A DNA stretch of 64,000 bases, from contig CAWCHB010000019.1 in assembly GCA_963795225.1 (NCBI GenBank), forward strand, positions 49,981 through 113,980, read 5' to 3'. Under the pieces are notes generated by a model. That model had not been told where the DNA came from, made no database searches, and saw nothing but the letters and a program-made list of their open reading frames with translations. The position numbers and the translations under genes were made by a program. Positions 1 to 11,215 of the stretch are shown here, in pieces. The number at the start of each line of letters is the position of its first letter. The stretch's first letter is position 1. The DNA comes from an uncultured Alphaproteobacteria bacterium (GTDB lineage: Bacteria; Pseudomonadota; Alphaproteobacteria; Rhizobiales; Hyphomicrobiaceae).

Positions 1-1236
1 GTTATTTTCTCGGCGACGCCGTCGTAGGCGATATTGAGCGAGCCGCCGTCGACCTCGAGCGGCGCTTCGGGAAGCGCCGGCAGCCGCAGGCTGCCGTGCC
101 CGATGCCGAGATTGAGCGTCGCCGAGCGCACGTCTCCGTCGCTGGTCAGCTCCACGTTGGCGTTGCCGTCGACCGGAAGATCGAGCGCTTGCAGCAGGCT
201 GAGCTGCGGAATGGTGCCGGAGATGGTGCGCGGCACGAGATCGTTGACCGACGTCTTGAGCGCGATCGTGCGATCGCGCGCCGATTCATCCATCTCGAAG
301 GTCAGTTGCCACGGCTTGCCGCCCGCCGCCGAGACGGTGGCGCGCCCGGATATGACGCTGCGCGCGCGTGCGTGCATGAGGCCGATGTTCAGGCTGGGCA
401 CGCGCCATTCGGTCGTGCGCCCGGCATAGTCGACAAGGACTGTCGCATTGCGCAGACCGAACTCGCGCAGATACGAGGTGGCGTCGAGGCGCTGGCGCGC
501 GCGCGCGGACATATCGGTGACGACGCGGGCCAGATCGATGCGCTTGGCGGGAACCGCCGCCTCTGGCGACGAGGCCACGGGAGACGTCGGGCGTGCCGCC
601 GGAACCGGCGCCGGTACTGCCGACTGCGGCGGCAGCTGCGTCATCGAGCTTCACGTCGGTAGCGATCGGCTTGGAGAAGCTCATCGCCAAGCCGCCGTCC
701 TCCGAATAGTAGAGGAACAGCCGCGGCTCGATGAGCTCGATGCGCGCCGGCACGACGCGCATCGACCACAGGGCGGATGTGCTCAGCTCGACGGCTGCAA
801 AGGGCGCCGAAGCGACGACGTCACCGTCCTTCTCGTGCATGCGGACATTTTGCAGCCGGAACTCGAGGCCACCCGTCCCCGACAGGCTGACGACGACATC
901 GTCGATGCGCACCGCATTGCCGCCGAGCTCGGCGTTGATGCCGCTCTCGATCGGCTCGACGAGGAAGTGGAGTGAAACGGGACCGTGGCGCAGGCGCACG
1001 TAGCCGAGGCCGGCGATCAGCAGCGCCAGCATGAGGAAGGGGGCCAAGATGAAGACCGAGCGGCCGACGCCGTGCAGAACGTGATCGCAGGCGACCGCAG
1101 CCGTCTTCGCCCGGCGCTTGAGGGTCGACGGCTCCTCGTTGCGCGCCGCCTGGTAGCCGGATTGGTGCTTTGGTCTTCCGGTCGTTTGCAATCCCGGCCC
1201 CTCGACAGTTTCGAGACGTAGTCCCGACGCAAACAA
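1..1236 (-). CDS. AsmA/DUF3971 (YhdP-like) large membrane-anchored protein, N-terminal part; runs off window start; apparent frameshift near 550-600
   Basis: N-terminal TM helix followed by 'RLRHGPVSL...IESGINAEL...GLEFRLQNV'; coding continues in another frame (RIDLARVV...LDLPVDGNANVEL) to base 1; position divergent from bcp matches common Rhizobiales synteny. Confidence 0.65.
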
Positions 1237-1445
1237 CTCAAGGCGCAGGAGTAGCGACGATGCGCATCATCCTGACGCTCTCGCCGACAGCCCCGATGTC
1301 GGCCCCCACGCGTCGCCGAATGCCAATACACCAACGCGCGCTTGCGCGGCCCAGTCTGCGCCGCTAAGCCTCAGGCGCAATGAGCAATGTTGTCGTGCGA
1401 CGTGGGTCACGTGCACGGGGAAAAGCGACAAAAGAAAGGCACGCT

Positions 1446-1916
1446 TTGACCATCGAGGAAGGCATGCCGGCGCCCGATTTCGAGCTCCCCGACGCCGAAG
1501 GAAAGCCCGTCAAACTGGCTGCCCTCAAGGGGCGTCTAATTGTCGTTTATTTCTACCCCAAGGACGACACCTCCGGGTGCACGGCCGAGGCCAAGGACTT
1601 CACGTGCATCGCCGCCGAGTTCGAGAAGGCCGGCGCCGACGTTCTGGGAATTTCGCCCGACAGCCCCGCCAGCCACCGCAAGTTCCAGGAAAAATACGAC
1701 CTCGGCGTTCGTCTGCTGGCGGACGAAGCCCGTAGTGCGGCCGAGGCGTATGGGGTGTGGGTCGAGAAGTCTATGTACGGACGCAAGTACATGGGTGTCG
1801 AACGCGCCACATTCCTGATCGATAGGGACGGAAATGTCGCGCGCAGTTGGCGCAACGTGCGCGTTCCGGGCCACGCGGAGGATGTTCTCGAAGCCGCCCG
1901 TGCGCTGAAAGGTTAA
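1446..1916 (+). CDS. bcp: Bcp-type peroxiredoxin (thioredoxin-dependent thiol peroxidase)
   Basis: YFYPKDDTSGCTAEA motif, GVWVEKSMYGRKYMGVERATFLID; TTG start after AAAGG. Confidence 0.93.
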   Translation: MTIEEGMPAPDFELPDAEGKPVKLAALKGRLIVVYFYPKDDTSGCTAEAKDFTCIAAEFEKAGADVLGISPDSPASHRKFQEKYDLGVRLLADEARSAAEAYGVWVEKSMYGRKYMGVERATFLIDRDGNVARSWRNVRVPGHAEDVLEAARALKG

Positions 1917-2099
1917 GCGGCAGACCGCCAACGTTGCCAACAATTTGTGCTCGAGCGCGGCCTGCCGGACGATGACCCACGTCATAAACTGTGCTTAGAT
2001 GACTGCAGGGGGGGACTTTCGGCAGCAGCCGCCTGATCCCCGTTGCTTAGCAATAGCCGACCTGTTGCGATCGTTGCGTCAGAGCAGAGGTGCACGCCT

Positions 2100-2597
2100 A
2101 TGTTGCCGAACTTCAAGAGATCCGATTCAGAGCCGCCGAAAGTCAGCCCCAGCCTCTCGCCGTTGAACGCGCCGCCGGTGCCGGGAGCCTCGGCCCGCGG
2201 CCTCGGCATCGCCCGCTCCGCCGCCGACCGCAACGCCCCCTCCGTCATCGGCCCCGACCTCACCATCAACGGCAATCTCGTCTCCAAGGGCGAAGTGCAG
2301 ATCGATGGCGAAGTGCAAGGCGATATTCAGGGCACCTACGTCGTCATCGGCGAAAAGGCGCGCATCACCGGCGGCATCGTGGCCGAGGAGATCGTCGTGC
2401 GCGGGCATGTCATGGGCTCGGTGCGCGGCAAGCGCGTGATGCTGCAGTCGTCCAGCCACGTCGAGGGCGACATCTTCCATCAGGCGCTGGCCATCGAGCA
2501 GGGCGCCTTCTTCGAGGGCAAGTCGCGCCGCTCGGACGACCCCACGGCCGAAGCCAGGCCGGACATCCCGAGCCTGCACGGCTCCAGCCTGAGCTGA
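2100..2597 (+). CDS. Bactofilin (polymer-forming cytoskeletal protein)
   Basis: PSVIGPDLTINGNL..GEVQIDGEVQGDI...LAIEQGAFFEG beta-helix repeats. Confidence 0.9.
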   Translation: MLPNFKRSDSEPPKVSPSLSPLNAPPVPGASARGLGIARSAADRNAPSVIGPDLTINGNLVSKGEVQIDGEVQGDIQGTYVVIGEKARITGGIVAEEIVVRGHVMGSVRGKRVMLQSSSHVEGDIFHQALAIEQGAFFEGKSRRSDDPTAEARPDIPSLHGSSLS

Positions 2598-2627
2598 TTG
2601 GCGCAAGGCGATCATACAACGAATTCA

Positions 2628-2660
2628 CCCCGGGCCTGCTCTGCGCGCCCGGGGCTTTCT
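2628..2660 (+). terminator. Intrinsic terminator hairpin between convergent genes
   Basis: CCCCGGGC...GCCCGGGG followed by CTTTCT. Confidence 0.55.
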
Positions 2661-2675
2661 GTTGCGCGCGGGGGC

Positions 2676-5259
2676 TCAAGCGGCGGCGCGCGCGTCTTCC
2701 CACGTGCGCACGGTGATGCGGTGTCCGCCGAGGTCCTCGAAGGCGCTCTGGCGGCAGGTCAGCACCAGCACCTGATGGCTCTGCGCCGCATGCTGCAGTG
2801 TTGTGAACATGCGCATCAGGCGGTCATCGTCGGTGTGCGTGACGGCATCGTCGAGGATCAGCGGCGCCGGCGAGCCGGTGTCCGCCAACAGCCGGGCGAA
2901 GGCGAGGCGCACCAGAAGCGCGAGCTGCTCCTGCGTGCCGCCGCTCAGCCGGTTGAACTCCTCAAGCGCCGCCCCCCGCTCCAGCGCGTGCGGCGACAGA
3001 TCGTCCGCCAGCACGAGCCGCGCCTGCGGCAGCATGAGTTGCAGATAGGGCGCCAGGCGCTCGATAACGGGCTTTGAGAACCGGTCACGCGTGCGCGTCG
3101 CTGCAGCCTCGAGCTCCTGCATCAGAAGCTGCAATGCGGCAGCCTCCTGCTGCATCTCCCGGCAGCGGAGACTGGCAACTGCGCACTGATCGTTCAACTC
3201 TTCGAGGCGCGCAGCGACGTCGCCGTCGCGATCGGAGCGCAGCTCGCCTTCGAGGCCGGCCTCGGCGCGGCGCAGGGCGGCAAGCTCGTCGTTCGCCGCC
3301 TGACGCGCGGCAGCCGCTGCTTTCTCTGCGACCTGCAGCGCGGCAAAATGCGCGTCGGCGGGCGCCTTCTCGCGCCACGCGGCGCCGTCGCGCACGGCCG
3401 CGTTGAGTGCCGCCTGCGCCTCGTTCACCGCGGCTGCTTTCGTCTCATGCGCCACGACTTGCGCTTCCGGCGCCCCCAGCTCGGCCACTAGGCCCGCGAG
3501 CTGCTCGGCATGGCCGGCGACGGCGCGCGCGCAAGCCAACCAGCTCGTCGTTCGCCGCCCGCTCGTCGCGCAGGGCGAGATTGAGCTTTTCCTCGGCGGC
3601 GCCCAGCGCTTCCACCACCTCGTTGGCGCGCGTCTCCAATTCGTCGAGCGTCGCTGCCGCCGGCGCGCCAAGCGCGACCGCCTGCGCCGCCAGCTCGGCA
3701 TGCGCGCGCTGTAGGCGCTCGATGCCCTCGGGGGCCGATGACTTGAGCTGCGCCGTCGCTTCCAGGAGTTTGCCTTCGATCTCGCGCCGCGCGACGTGCA
3801 GGCGCTCCGCATCGTCCAGAGAAACAGCCCCCGCGCGCTTCAGCAGCGCGGCGAGCTGGTCGCGACGCGCCGCCAAAGCGATCTCGTCGTTGGCAACATC
3901 GTTCGACTGCCCGGGCGCGATGGTGATGGTACCGACACCCTCGATGTCGAGGGTAATGGGCCGGGTCGGATGCATGGTCTCGCCGTCGGCGAGCGCCCGC
4001 CCGTCCACTTTGATTTTGCCGGCGCCTTCTGGCCGGTAGCTGAGCGACACCCGCGGGGCAGCGGCCGACAGCCGCGCCTCGAGCGCGGCGATCTCTGCCG
4101 CCTCGCGCCGGGCCGCGTCGACGAGCTTGCCCTCGGCTGCGTTGCCGGCAAGAGCGCCGTTCATGCGCGCGCAATCGGCCTGAGCGAGGCGCGCCACATC
4201 GAGACGCTCCGACAGCCCCAGCATGCGCCGGCTGCATTCCACGGCAGCGAGCGACCGCTTGAGCGCATCGCGCGTCTGACGGCTTTCGACAACGCGCACC
4301 TTCACGCCGCCGTAGTGCGTTTCCGCCTCGGCGAGCAAGGGTGCGCCGTCATCGACCGCCGCCTGCAACTTGGCGCGTTCGCCGGCGCGCCGGTCGAAGA
4401 CGTCGAGCGCCTGCTTCAACGCGCCGAGATGCTTCTCGCACGAAGCGACAGCCTGTCCGGCCGCCTTGGCCTTCTCGCGCGCCTCGCGGGCCTCGTCGAA
4501 TACGCGCTGCGCGTCGTTGGCCGCTTGCTCCCGCACCTGCACGGCTTCCGGATCGGCAAGCTTGGCCAAACGGTTCTGCAGCGCCTCCAACTCGTCGAGA
4601 CGCTGCTGCGCGCGCCCGAGCCGCGTTTGCGCCTCTGCTCTCTGCCTCTCGAGCATGGCGAGCTCGTCCAGCGCCGACTTGTACTCTCCCGTCGGGCGCC
4701 CGTGATGTGCCGTCACGAGAACCGCAAGCTGTTCCTTGACGCGTTCGCCGATGAAGCGCGCTGCGCTGCCGTCGGCAAGGCTCTCGACTTCGCTCTCGAT
4801 CGCCGACATGAACGCCGCGCCGCCCGTCTCGAGCGGCGTCATCGACGCCAGCGGCATTCCCTGGTCGGCGCACAGCAGCGCAAAACGCCCAGCGCCGCCG
4901 AGCAACTCTTCAAGCTTCGCCTCGGCATCGACGCCGCGCGTCACGCTTCCCGCATGCAGATCGCGCAGCTCGGCCGTCGGCGAGGAAAGGAACTGCTTGC
5001 GGATGCGCCACGGGTTGCCCGCGACCTCGAAATCGACCTCGATCAGCGGCGCCCCGCCGGCATAGGGACGCAGCACCTCGAGTTTGCGGTGCTTAGATCG
5101 GTGCGCGTCGAACAAAGCTGCCTTGACGGCCTTGAGGATCGTCGATTTGCCGAACTCGTTCGGGCCGACGAGCACGTCGAGCCCGCCGCTCAGGCCTTCG
5201 ATGGCGATCGGTGCGCTGAAGCGCCCGACCTCTTTCAAGCGAATGGCGCGGATCTTCAT
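2676..5259 (-). CDS. SbcC/Rad50-like (YhaN-type) SMC ATPase; one frameshift near 3520
   Basis: Walker A GPNEFGKST in ORF 3445..5259, long coiled coil, signature LSGGTQEQ and Walker B LILDD in ORF 2676..3812. Confidence 0.88.
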
Positions 5260-6380
5260 GCGTGCCCCCCCGCCTCGGCCTGACGTGCCAGTGCAAACAG
5301 GCGGCGCAGCGCCCGCTGGGCGATCGCGGCTTCGGCGCCGTCCCGCTCGGATGCTGCTTTGAGACGCTGAGCAATCTCGCTAAGCGCCGGCGAGGCGAGC
5401 GCTTCGAGATCGGCGACTTCGGCGTAGGCGGTGATGCCGCTCGTATCGAAAGCAAGGTGAAAAAGCTGCGGGCCGAGCTGGCCGAGCCGTTCCTCGATGC
5501 GACCCAGCTCCGTCATCGCCACCGTCCCCGCAAGTTGCAGCGACAGCAGCGTCCGCGCCGCGGCGGCGCCGAGGCGTGCGACATCAGCTTCGACCGGCAC
5601 CAGAGACTCCGCGTTGTCCACCTTCACCTCGCGCGACGACCATGTGAAATGCGCTGTGGCGACCCGCTCGACCGCAGGCGGCGCCGCGCCATCGAGACGC
5701 ACGACGAGCGCATTGCCGGGATCGTTATCGCGAAATCCGTCGGGCTCAGGCGTGCCGGAGTACCAGGCGCGATCGGAAATGCGCGTCGTGCCATGCCAGT
5801 CACCCAGCGCCAGATAGCTGAGTGCCGCCGACTTCACGCGCGCCGGATCGATCGGCACGTTCGCGTCGCCGGCGCTGCCGAAGCCCTGCACCGAGCCGTG
5901 CGCCAGACCGATGCGCAGTGCACCGGCAGGCGATGGTGCGCCATCCATCCATGCAGTCGGGTCGCCGCTCGTTCGTTTCGACATCAGCGGCGCGGGAAGC
6001 AGAATGACACCCGCGGCCAGCTCCGTCGGCTTTGCCTCGAGATGTACCCGCACGTTGGCCGGCAACCCGCCGACAAGCGAACTCCATACGCCGCCTACGC
6101 GCCCTGGATCGTGATTGCCGGGAAGAAGGTGCCAGGTGAGCGCCGGATAGGCCTTGAGGCGTGCCAGCAACTGCCCGCTGAGGGCGCCGGGCACCGTCTC
6201 AGCGTCGAAGACATCGCCGGCCACGAGAACTGCCGCGCAGCCCGAACCGATCGCTGCCAGGGCGAGCCGATCGACCGACTGCAGGCGCTGGTCGCGCAGA
6301 ACCGCCGCGGTATCCCCGGGGAAAGAGCCGAACCGCTTGCCGATCTGCCAATCGGCGGTGTGCAGGAAGGTGAATGTCAT
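5256..6380 (-). CDS. SbcD/Mre11-like (YhaO-type) metallophosphoesterase DNA exonuclease
   Basis: HTADWQIG, AGDVFD, PGNHD, AHGS, ALGDWH, YSGTPE motifs; stop overlaps ATPase start (ATGA). Confidence 0.92.
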   Translation of the reverse strand: MTFTFLHTADWQIGKRFGSFPGDTAAVLRDQRLQSVDRLALAAIGSGCAAVLVAGDVFDAETVPGALSGQLLARLKAYPALTWHLLPGNHDPGRVGGVWSSLVGGLPANVRVHLEAKPTELAAGVILLPAPLMSKRTSGDPTAWMDGAPSPAGALRIGLAHGSVQGFGSAGDANVPIDPARVKSAALSYLALGDWHGTTRISDRAWYSGTPEPDGFRDNDPGNALVVRLDGAAPPAVERVATAHFTWSSREVKVDNAESLVPVEADVARLGAAAARTLLSLQLAGTVAMTELGRIEERLGQLGPQLFHLAFDTSGITAYAEVADLEALASPALSEIAQRLKAASERDGAEAAIAQRALRRLFALARQAEAGGHA

Positions 6381-6391
6381 GGGCCCATATT

Positions 6392-6406
6392 GTTCTATGT
6401 TTGTTC
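6392..6406 (-). promoter_or_regulatory. Alphaproteobacterial LexA (SOS) box
   Basis: GTTC-TATGTTT-GTTC (GTTC-N7-GTTC), 12 bp upstream of the nuclease ATG. Confidence 0.75.
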
Positions 6407-6549
6407 ACTAAACAAGCGCCAAACGATCTGGGCGAACAAGGTTATCCACAGGGTGGAGAACGGCACCGGCGGCGGCCAGACCACGGGTCGCCGCCGGCGC
6501 ACGAAATCTGCCAGAGCACGCGGCCGCCTTGCCGGCGGGCCGGCAATGC

Positions 6550-6756
6550 TCAATCGTCGTCGTCGCCTTCCTCGTCCTCGTCGTCGTCGACTAGGCCCTT
6601 TAGCGTCTCGACAATCTGCAGCTCGCCGTCTTCCTTAGTCTCCACCAGCCATTCGGTCAGGACCGTTTCGCCCTGCTTGAAGACCACCTTGAACGGCAGC
6701 TCATCGCCCGAGACGGCAACGACGTCGCCAGTGACAAATGCCATCAGACCCTCCAT
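6550..6756 (-). CDS. Small acidic hypothetical protein
   Basis: Typical codon usage, GGAGGG before internal ATG, acidic tail DDDEDEEGDDDD. Confidence 0.65.
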   Translation of the reverse strand: MEGLMAFVTGDVVAVSGDELPFKVVFKQGETVLTEWLVETKEDGELQIVETLKGLVDDDEDEEGDDDD

Positions 6757-6895
6757 GCGTTTCGCCAGGCACGACTTCGGACGCGCGCGGCCCTGGCACC
6801 CTAATTAGGATTCGAAATATTTCGAGCCTGCGAGGCATCGCATTTCCCCTGTGGAAAACCCGGCTGGAACATAATGTTGGCGCAGAGGGCTAAGC

Positions 6896-8029
6896 GTGAG
6901 CGCGGACTTTGAAACGGTGGTGGTCGGCGCCGGCGTCGTCGGCCTCGGCATTGCGCGCGCGCTGGCCCGCCAAGGGCAAAGCGTCCTGCTGCTCGAGCGC
7001 CATGATCGCGTCGGCACGGAGACAAGTTCGCGCAGCTCGGAAGTCATCCACGCCGGCATCTATTACGCGCCCGGCAGTTTGCGCGCCAAGTTGTGCGTGG
7101 CCGGCAAGGAGCATCTTTACCGCTTCTGCGCCGAGAACGGCGTGGCGCATCGACGTTGCGGCAAGCTCCTCGTTGCAACAGGTGAAGACGAGATCGGCAA
7201 GCTGGAGGCCATCGCCGCCAATGCCACGCTGAACGGCGTCGCCGATTTGAAGCGCCTCTCCGCCGATGATGTGCGCGGTCTCGAGCCGCAAGTCGCCTGC
7301 GTCGCCGCGTACCTGTCGCCGTCGACGGGCATCGTCGACAGCCACGGGCTCATGCAAGCATTGGAAGGGCACATCGCGGCGTCCGGCGGCGAGGTCGTGC
7401 TCAACACGTCGGTCGTCGGTATCTCGCGCAGGGACGATGTCTTTGCCGTCGAAACCCAGAGCGGCGACGATACAAGTGTTCTCACCGCACGCCAGCTCGT
7501 GCTAGCCGGCGGCCTCGGCGCGACCGCCCTGGGGCGCATGCTCGTCTATCGCGCCGGCTATCTCGTGCCGGAGACGTACCCGGCGCGCGGACACTACTAT
7601 GCGCTCGACGGCAAAGTGCCGTTTCAGCATCTCGTCTACCCGATGCCGACCGGTGCCTGGCTCGGCGTGCATCTGACGCTCGATGTGGCCGGCCGCGCAC
7701 GCTTCGGCCCCGACATCGAATGGCGCCAAAGCGTCGACTATGCCTTCGATGATGAGGCAGGCCGCCGGCTCGCGCGCTTTGAGGAAGAGATCCGTCGCTA
7801 TTGGCCAGGACTGCCCGAGGGCGCGCTGCATGCCGACAGCGTCGGCGTTCGCCCGAAGATCTACCGCGAAGGTGAGCCGATCGCCGACTTCGCCATTCAC
7901 GCCGAAGAGCAGCACGGCATCCCGCGCCTCGTTGCGCTGTACGGCATGGAAAGTCCGGGGCTCACGTCCTCGCTCGCCATCGGTGACTACGTCGCGGCGC
8001 TGCTAGGCGAAGCGGCCAAGAAGCCCTAG
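6896..8029 (+). CDS. FAD-dependent oxidoreductase, L-2-hydroxyglutarate oxidase (LhgO) family
   Basis: VVGAGVVG, ETSSRSSEVIHAGIYY, LGVHLTLD, GMESPGLTSSLAI. Confidence 0.88.
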   Translation: MSADFETVVVGAGVVGLGIARALARQGQSVLLLERHDRVGTETSSRSSEVIHAGIYYAPGSLRAKLCVAGKEHLYRFCAENGVAHRRCGKLLVATGEDEIGKLEAIAANATLNGVADLKRLSADDVRGLEPQVACVAAYLSPSTGIVDSHGLMQALEGHIAASGGEVVLNTSVVGISRRDDVFAVETQSGDDTSVLTARQLVLAGGLGATALGRMLVYRAGYLVPETYPARGHYYALDGKVPFQHLVYPMPTGAWLGVHLTLDVAGRARFGPDIEWRQSVDYAFDDEAGRRLARFEEEIRRYWPGLPEGALHADSVGVRPKIYREGEPIADFAIHAEEQHGIPRLVALYGMESPGLTSSLAIGDYVAALLGEAAKKP

Positions 8030-8106
8030 GTTGGCGCCCGTTTGCTGGCCTGGGGGCTGTGGGCGCTGAGCGGTTCGCGGCGCTGCAGATTGCGTGGAGG
8101 GATGCG

Positions 8107-9822
8107 GTGGCACGGCTTTTCTTTGCCTCGTTCGTCACCGTCGGCCTGCTGCTGGGCATGGTGTGCGGCGTGATCCTGGCGGCGCTGGTCTTCACCGACA
8201 ACGTCAACCTCGGCTTTGCCATCACGCTGACCATCATCATCAACGGCGTCATCTGGCTCATCAGCCCGTGGATCAGCGACATCTCGCTGCGCTGGTTCAA
8301 CGGCCTCAAGTTCCTCGACGATGCGGAAGTGAAGGCGAAGTATCCGGGCGTGCACCAGCTCATGCACGACGTCGCCACACAGTACGGCTTCAGCGCGCCG
8401 TCGCTCGGCTTCATCGCCGACCGCAATCCAACCGCCTTCACCTACGGCCTGCTGCGCAACAACGCACGCATCGTCGTCACGCAGGGCATCTTCGAGTTCC
8501 TCAACGAGGAGGAAGCGAAGGCAGTCGTGGCGCACGAGCTCGGCCACATCGTCAACCGCGACTTCATCGTCATGACCGCGGCCGGCACGCTGGTGCAGAT
8601 CCTCTATCAGGTCTATGCCGCGACGACGCGCGCGGCACGCAACTCGAGCAGCAAGAAGGGCAACAACCTACTACCGCTCATCGGCCTCGGCGCGCTGGTG
8701 ATGTATTACATCGGCATCTACCTGCTCTATTACCTGAGCCGCACGCGCGAGTATCTCGCCGACGCCTTCTCCGCCGAGCAAATTGAGGCACGCCACCTCG
8801 CCAGCGCGCTGGTGAAGATCGCCTACGGCATCGTCCAAGTTGAGGACACCGATTCCACCCAGAGCCTGCTGCAAAGCACGCGCGCGCAAGGCGTCATCGA
8901 CGTGAAGAACGCGCGCTACTCAGGGCTCGAGGGACAGGGCCAGTTGGCGAGCCCCGAGCGCGCCTCCGAAGCCATGCTGTTCGACGCCTACAATCCCTGG
9001 GCGCGCCTCATCGAGCTCAACTCGACGCATCCACTGACCGGCTCGCGCATCGCGCACCTGGGCGACATCGCGCAGGCGAAGGCGCAGCAGTTCCCGGACT
9101 ACGACTTGAAATCCGCGGCCCAGCGCGTGCGCCTCGATCGCCCTGCGCTGTGGCGGCAGTTCTTGTGGGAGCTCGGCGTGCTGGTGCTTCCCGTCGTGAT
9201 GGCCGTCGTCGTCGGTCTCGCGGGTTTCTGGCCGCTAGCCCCAGCCGCCTGGGCGGTCGGCGTGCTCATTACCATTCGCATCCGCTTTCCGACCGGCGGC
9301 GTGCCTGCAAAGAGCGTCGCGGCCCTTATGACCAACCCGGCCGCCTCGCCTGTCGTCGGACGCTGGGCGCAGCTCGACGGCAAGGCCATCGGCCGCGCCA
9401 ATCCCGGCTTCATCGCCGGCGAGGACGTCGTCTATCAGGACCGCACCGGCCTCATCACCGTCGACTTCCGTTCGATGCTGGGCTTTCTCGGCAACCTGTT
9501 CGCCGGCTGGAAGCGCGTGCCGAAGCACTTGAACCAGGAAGGGCACGTCATCGGCTGGTTCCGCCGCAGCATGGGCGGCTACGTCATTCTGCGGGAAATG
9601 ACCTCGACCGCAGGCGTGCTGCGCGCCCGGCCCTATTTCTGGCAAGCGCTGCTGTCGATCATCGTGATCGTTGCGACCGCTTATCTCGCACTCGTCGCAA
9701 ATGTACCTATGAAAAACGCCGACGTGAGCACGTCGCTGCATTTTCCCGAAATGCAGCAGATATGGCCGGATGACAGCCCGTACGAGGGCTCGGGACGCGA
9801 AACCCAGCGGCCACAGGAATAG
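8107..9822 (+). CDS. HtpX-like M48 zinc metalloprotease with long C-terminal extension
   Basis: PTAFTYG, AHELGH (HExxH), SRTREYLAD, STHP; GTG start after GGAGG. Confidence 0.87.
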   Translation: MARLFFASFVTVGLLLGMVCGVILAALVFTDNVNLGFAITLTIIINGVIWLISPWISDISLRWFNGLKFLDDAEVKAKYPGVHQLMHDVATQYGFSAPSLGFIADRNPTAFTYGLLRNNARIVVTQGIFEFLNEEEAKAVVAHELGHIVNRDFIVMTAAGTLVQILYQVYAATTRAARNSSSKKGNNLLPLIGLGALVMYYIGIYLLYYLSRTREYLADAFSAEQIEARHLASALVKIAYGIVQVEDTDSTQSLLQSTRAQGVIDVKNARYSGLEGQGQLASPERASEAMLFDAYNPWARLIELNSTHPLTGSRIAHLGDIAQAKAQQFPDYDLKSAAQRVRLDRPALWRQFLWELGVLVLPVVMAVVVGLAGFWPLAPAAWAVGVLITIRIRFPTGGVPAKSVAALMTNPAASPVVGRWAQLDGKAIGRANPGFIAGEDVVYQDRTGLITVDFRSMLGFLGNLFAGWKRVPKHLNQEGHVIGWFRRSMGGYVILREMTSTAGVLRARPYFWQALLSIIVIVATAYLALVANVPMKNADVSTSLHFPEMQQIWPDDSPYEGSGRETQRPQE

Positions 9823-9922
9823 CCGCACAAGCGCCCTCATGGCGTGGATAGATTGTCGGCGACGATTGTTCGTGCAAAAGGGTGACCCAGGTCACCCGGT
9901 CGAGAGAGGGACGAAGACGCAC

Positions 9923-10468
9923 ATGCGGGCTGTCGCGTTTTGGCTAGCGAGCATTGCCGCCGCAATATCCCTGACCACAGTCGGCGCCCGAGCGGAGAAC
10001 CTCGACGGCTACTGGATAGATTCTCATGGCGAGGTCATTCTGCAGTTCGGTCCGTGCGGCAAGGACCGTTGCGGACGCGTCGCCTGGCTGAAGAAGCCGC
10101 GGGGACCTGATCGGGGGCCGTTGCGCGATTTCCGCAACTCCGATCCCAACCTGCAGAGCCGCTTCGTCTGCGGCCTTGTCGTCGTCACCGGCTTCAAAAA
10201 GCAACCGGATGGAACTTGGGCCGACGGCAGCGTCTACGTGCCCGACCACGGCATGAGCTTCTCCGGCTACGCCGAGGTGCTCGACCGCAACAAAGTCAAG
10301 GTCACCGGCTACATGCTGATCCCGCTCTTTGGCTCGTCCGAGGTGTGGACACGCATGCCGCGCAAGCCGCCGTCATGCCCAGAGCAGGCGAAGATGATCG
10401 CCGACAACAAGTGGTCCGAGGACACCTCCGGTTGGCCGCCGGCGCCGCCTCCGGTCGCGGCGCGCTGA
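9923..10468 (+). CDS. DUF2147 family exported protein
   Basis: Signal peptide; GYWID...CG..RCGRVAWL; RD.RNSDP; WADGSVY; WTR. Confidence 0.8.
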   Translation: MRAVAFWLASIAAAISLTTVGARAENLDGYWIDSHGEVILQFGPCGKDRCGRVAWLKKPRGPDRGPLRDFRNSDPNLQSRFVCGLVVVTGFKKQPDGTWADGSVYVPDHGMSFSGYAEVLDRNKVKVTGYMLIPLFGSSEVWTRMPRKPPSCPEQAKMIADNKWSEDTSGWPPAPPPVAAR

Positions 10469-10492
10469 GCTCCCCGCAACAGGAGACGCACG

Positions 10493-11080
10493 ATGCGCAT
10501 CTCTTATCCGCTTGCTGTTGTTGCCGGCCTCCTCGTCGTTCTGGCTCTAACTGAGGTTGCCGCGGCGCAGACGATCCCCAAGGAGAAGGGGCCCGCGCGG
10601 ACCATCGGGCTCTTCAGCTTTCTGTGCCTGAAGCAGCTTCCCGATCTCAACGGCATCGAGCGCGCCGCGGGCTTTGGCGAGTTTGACCAACTCACCGGCG
10701 ACGATCTCAAGCCCTATGCGCCGCAGGTGCCGCCCGAGAAGCTTTTCGCCTGGCGTTATCACGATCACGGCGAGCAATTCATTCTGACCGCGGCACAGTC
10801 GAAGCCCGACGATGCTTTCAAGAAGCAGATGCCGGCATTCGCCAACGCCACCAACACCGCCTGTTCGCTGCTGGTGCCGAGCAAGCAGCCCGATCCGCTG
10901 CTGGGCGAATTGACGCGCACGATGGGCCGCGCCGCCGACGAGACGTGGCAAGAAGGCGCCATGCGCGTGCATGCGTGGACACACCAGCAGGGCACCGCGC
11001 TCAGCTACGTTCACTACTATGCCCCTGACAAAGCAGGCGCCACAGCCGTGCTCAGCGCGAGTGTATACGTGAAGGACTGA
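10493..11080 (+). CDS. Exported hypothetical protein
   Basis: AGGAG RBS, signal peptide ending AAAQ. Confidence 0.7.
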   Translation: MRISYPLAVVAGLLVVLALTEVAAAQTIPKEKGPARTIGLFSFLCLKQLPDLNGIERAAGFGEFDQLTGDDLKPYAPQVPPEKLFAWRYHDHGEQFILTAAQSKPDDAFKKQMPAFANATNTACSLLVPSKQPDPLLGELTRTMGRAADETWQEGAMRVHAWTHQQGTALSYVHYYAPDKAGATAVLSASVYVKD

Positions 11081-11215
11081 CGTTCACTCCCGCGTGTTCC
11101 GAGCGGAACAGCGCACTTCCCTCAAGCCATGCACATTGCACACAGGACGAGCGTTCGCTTGCGTGGCGGCGCACATTTTCATAGGTCAAGACCAACAACT
11201 TTTGGGAGGTGCCCC

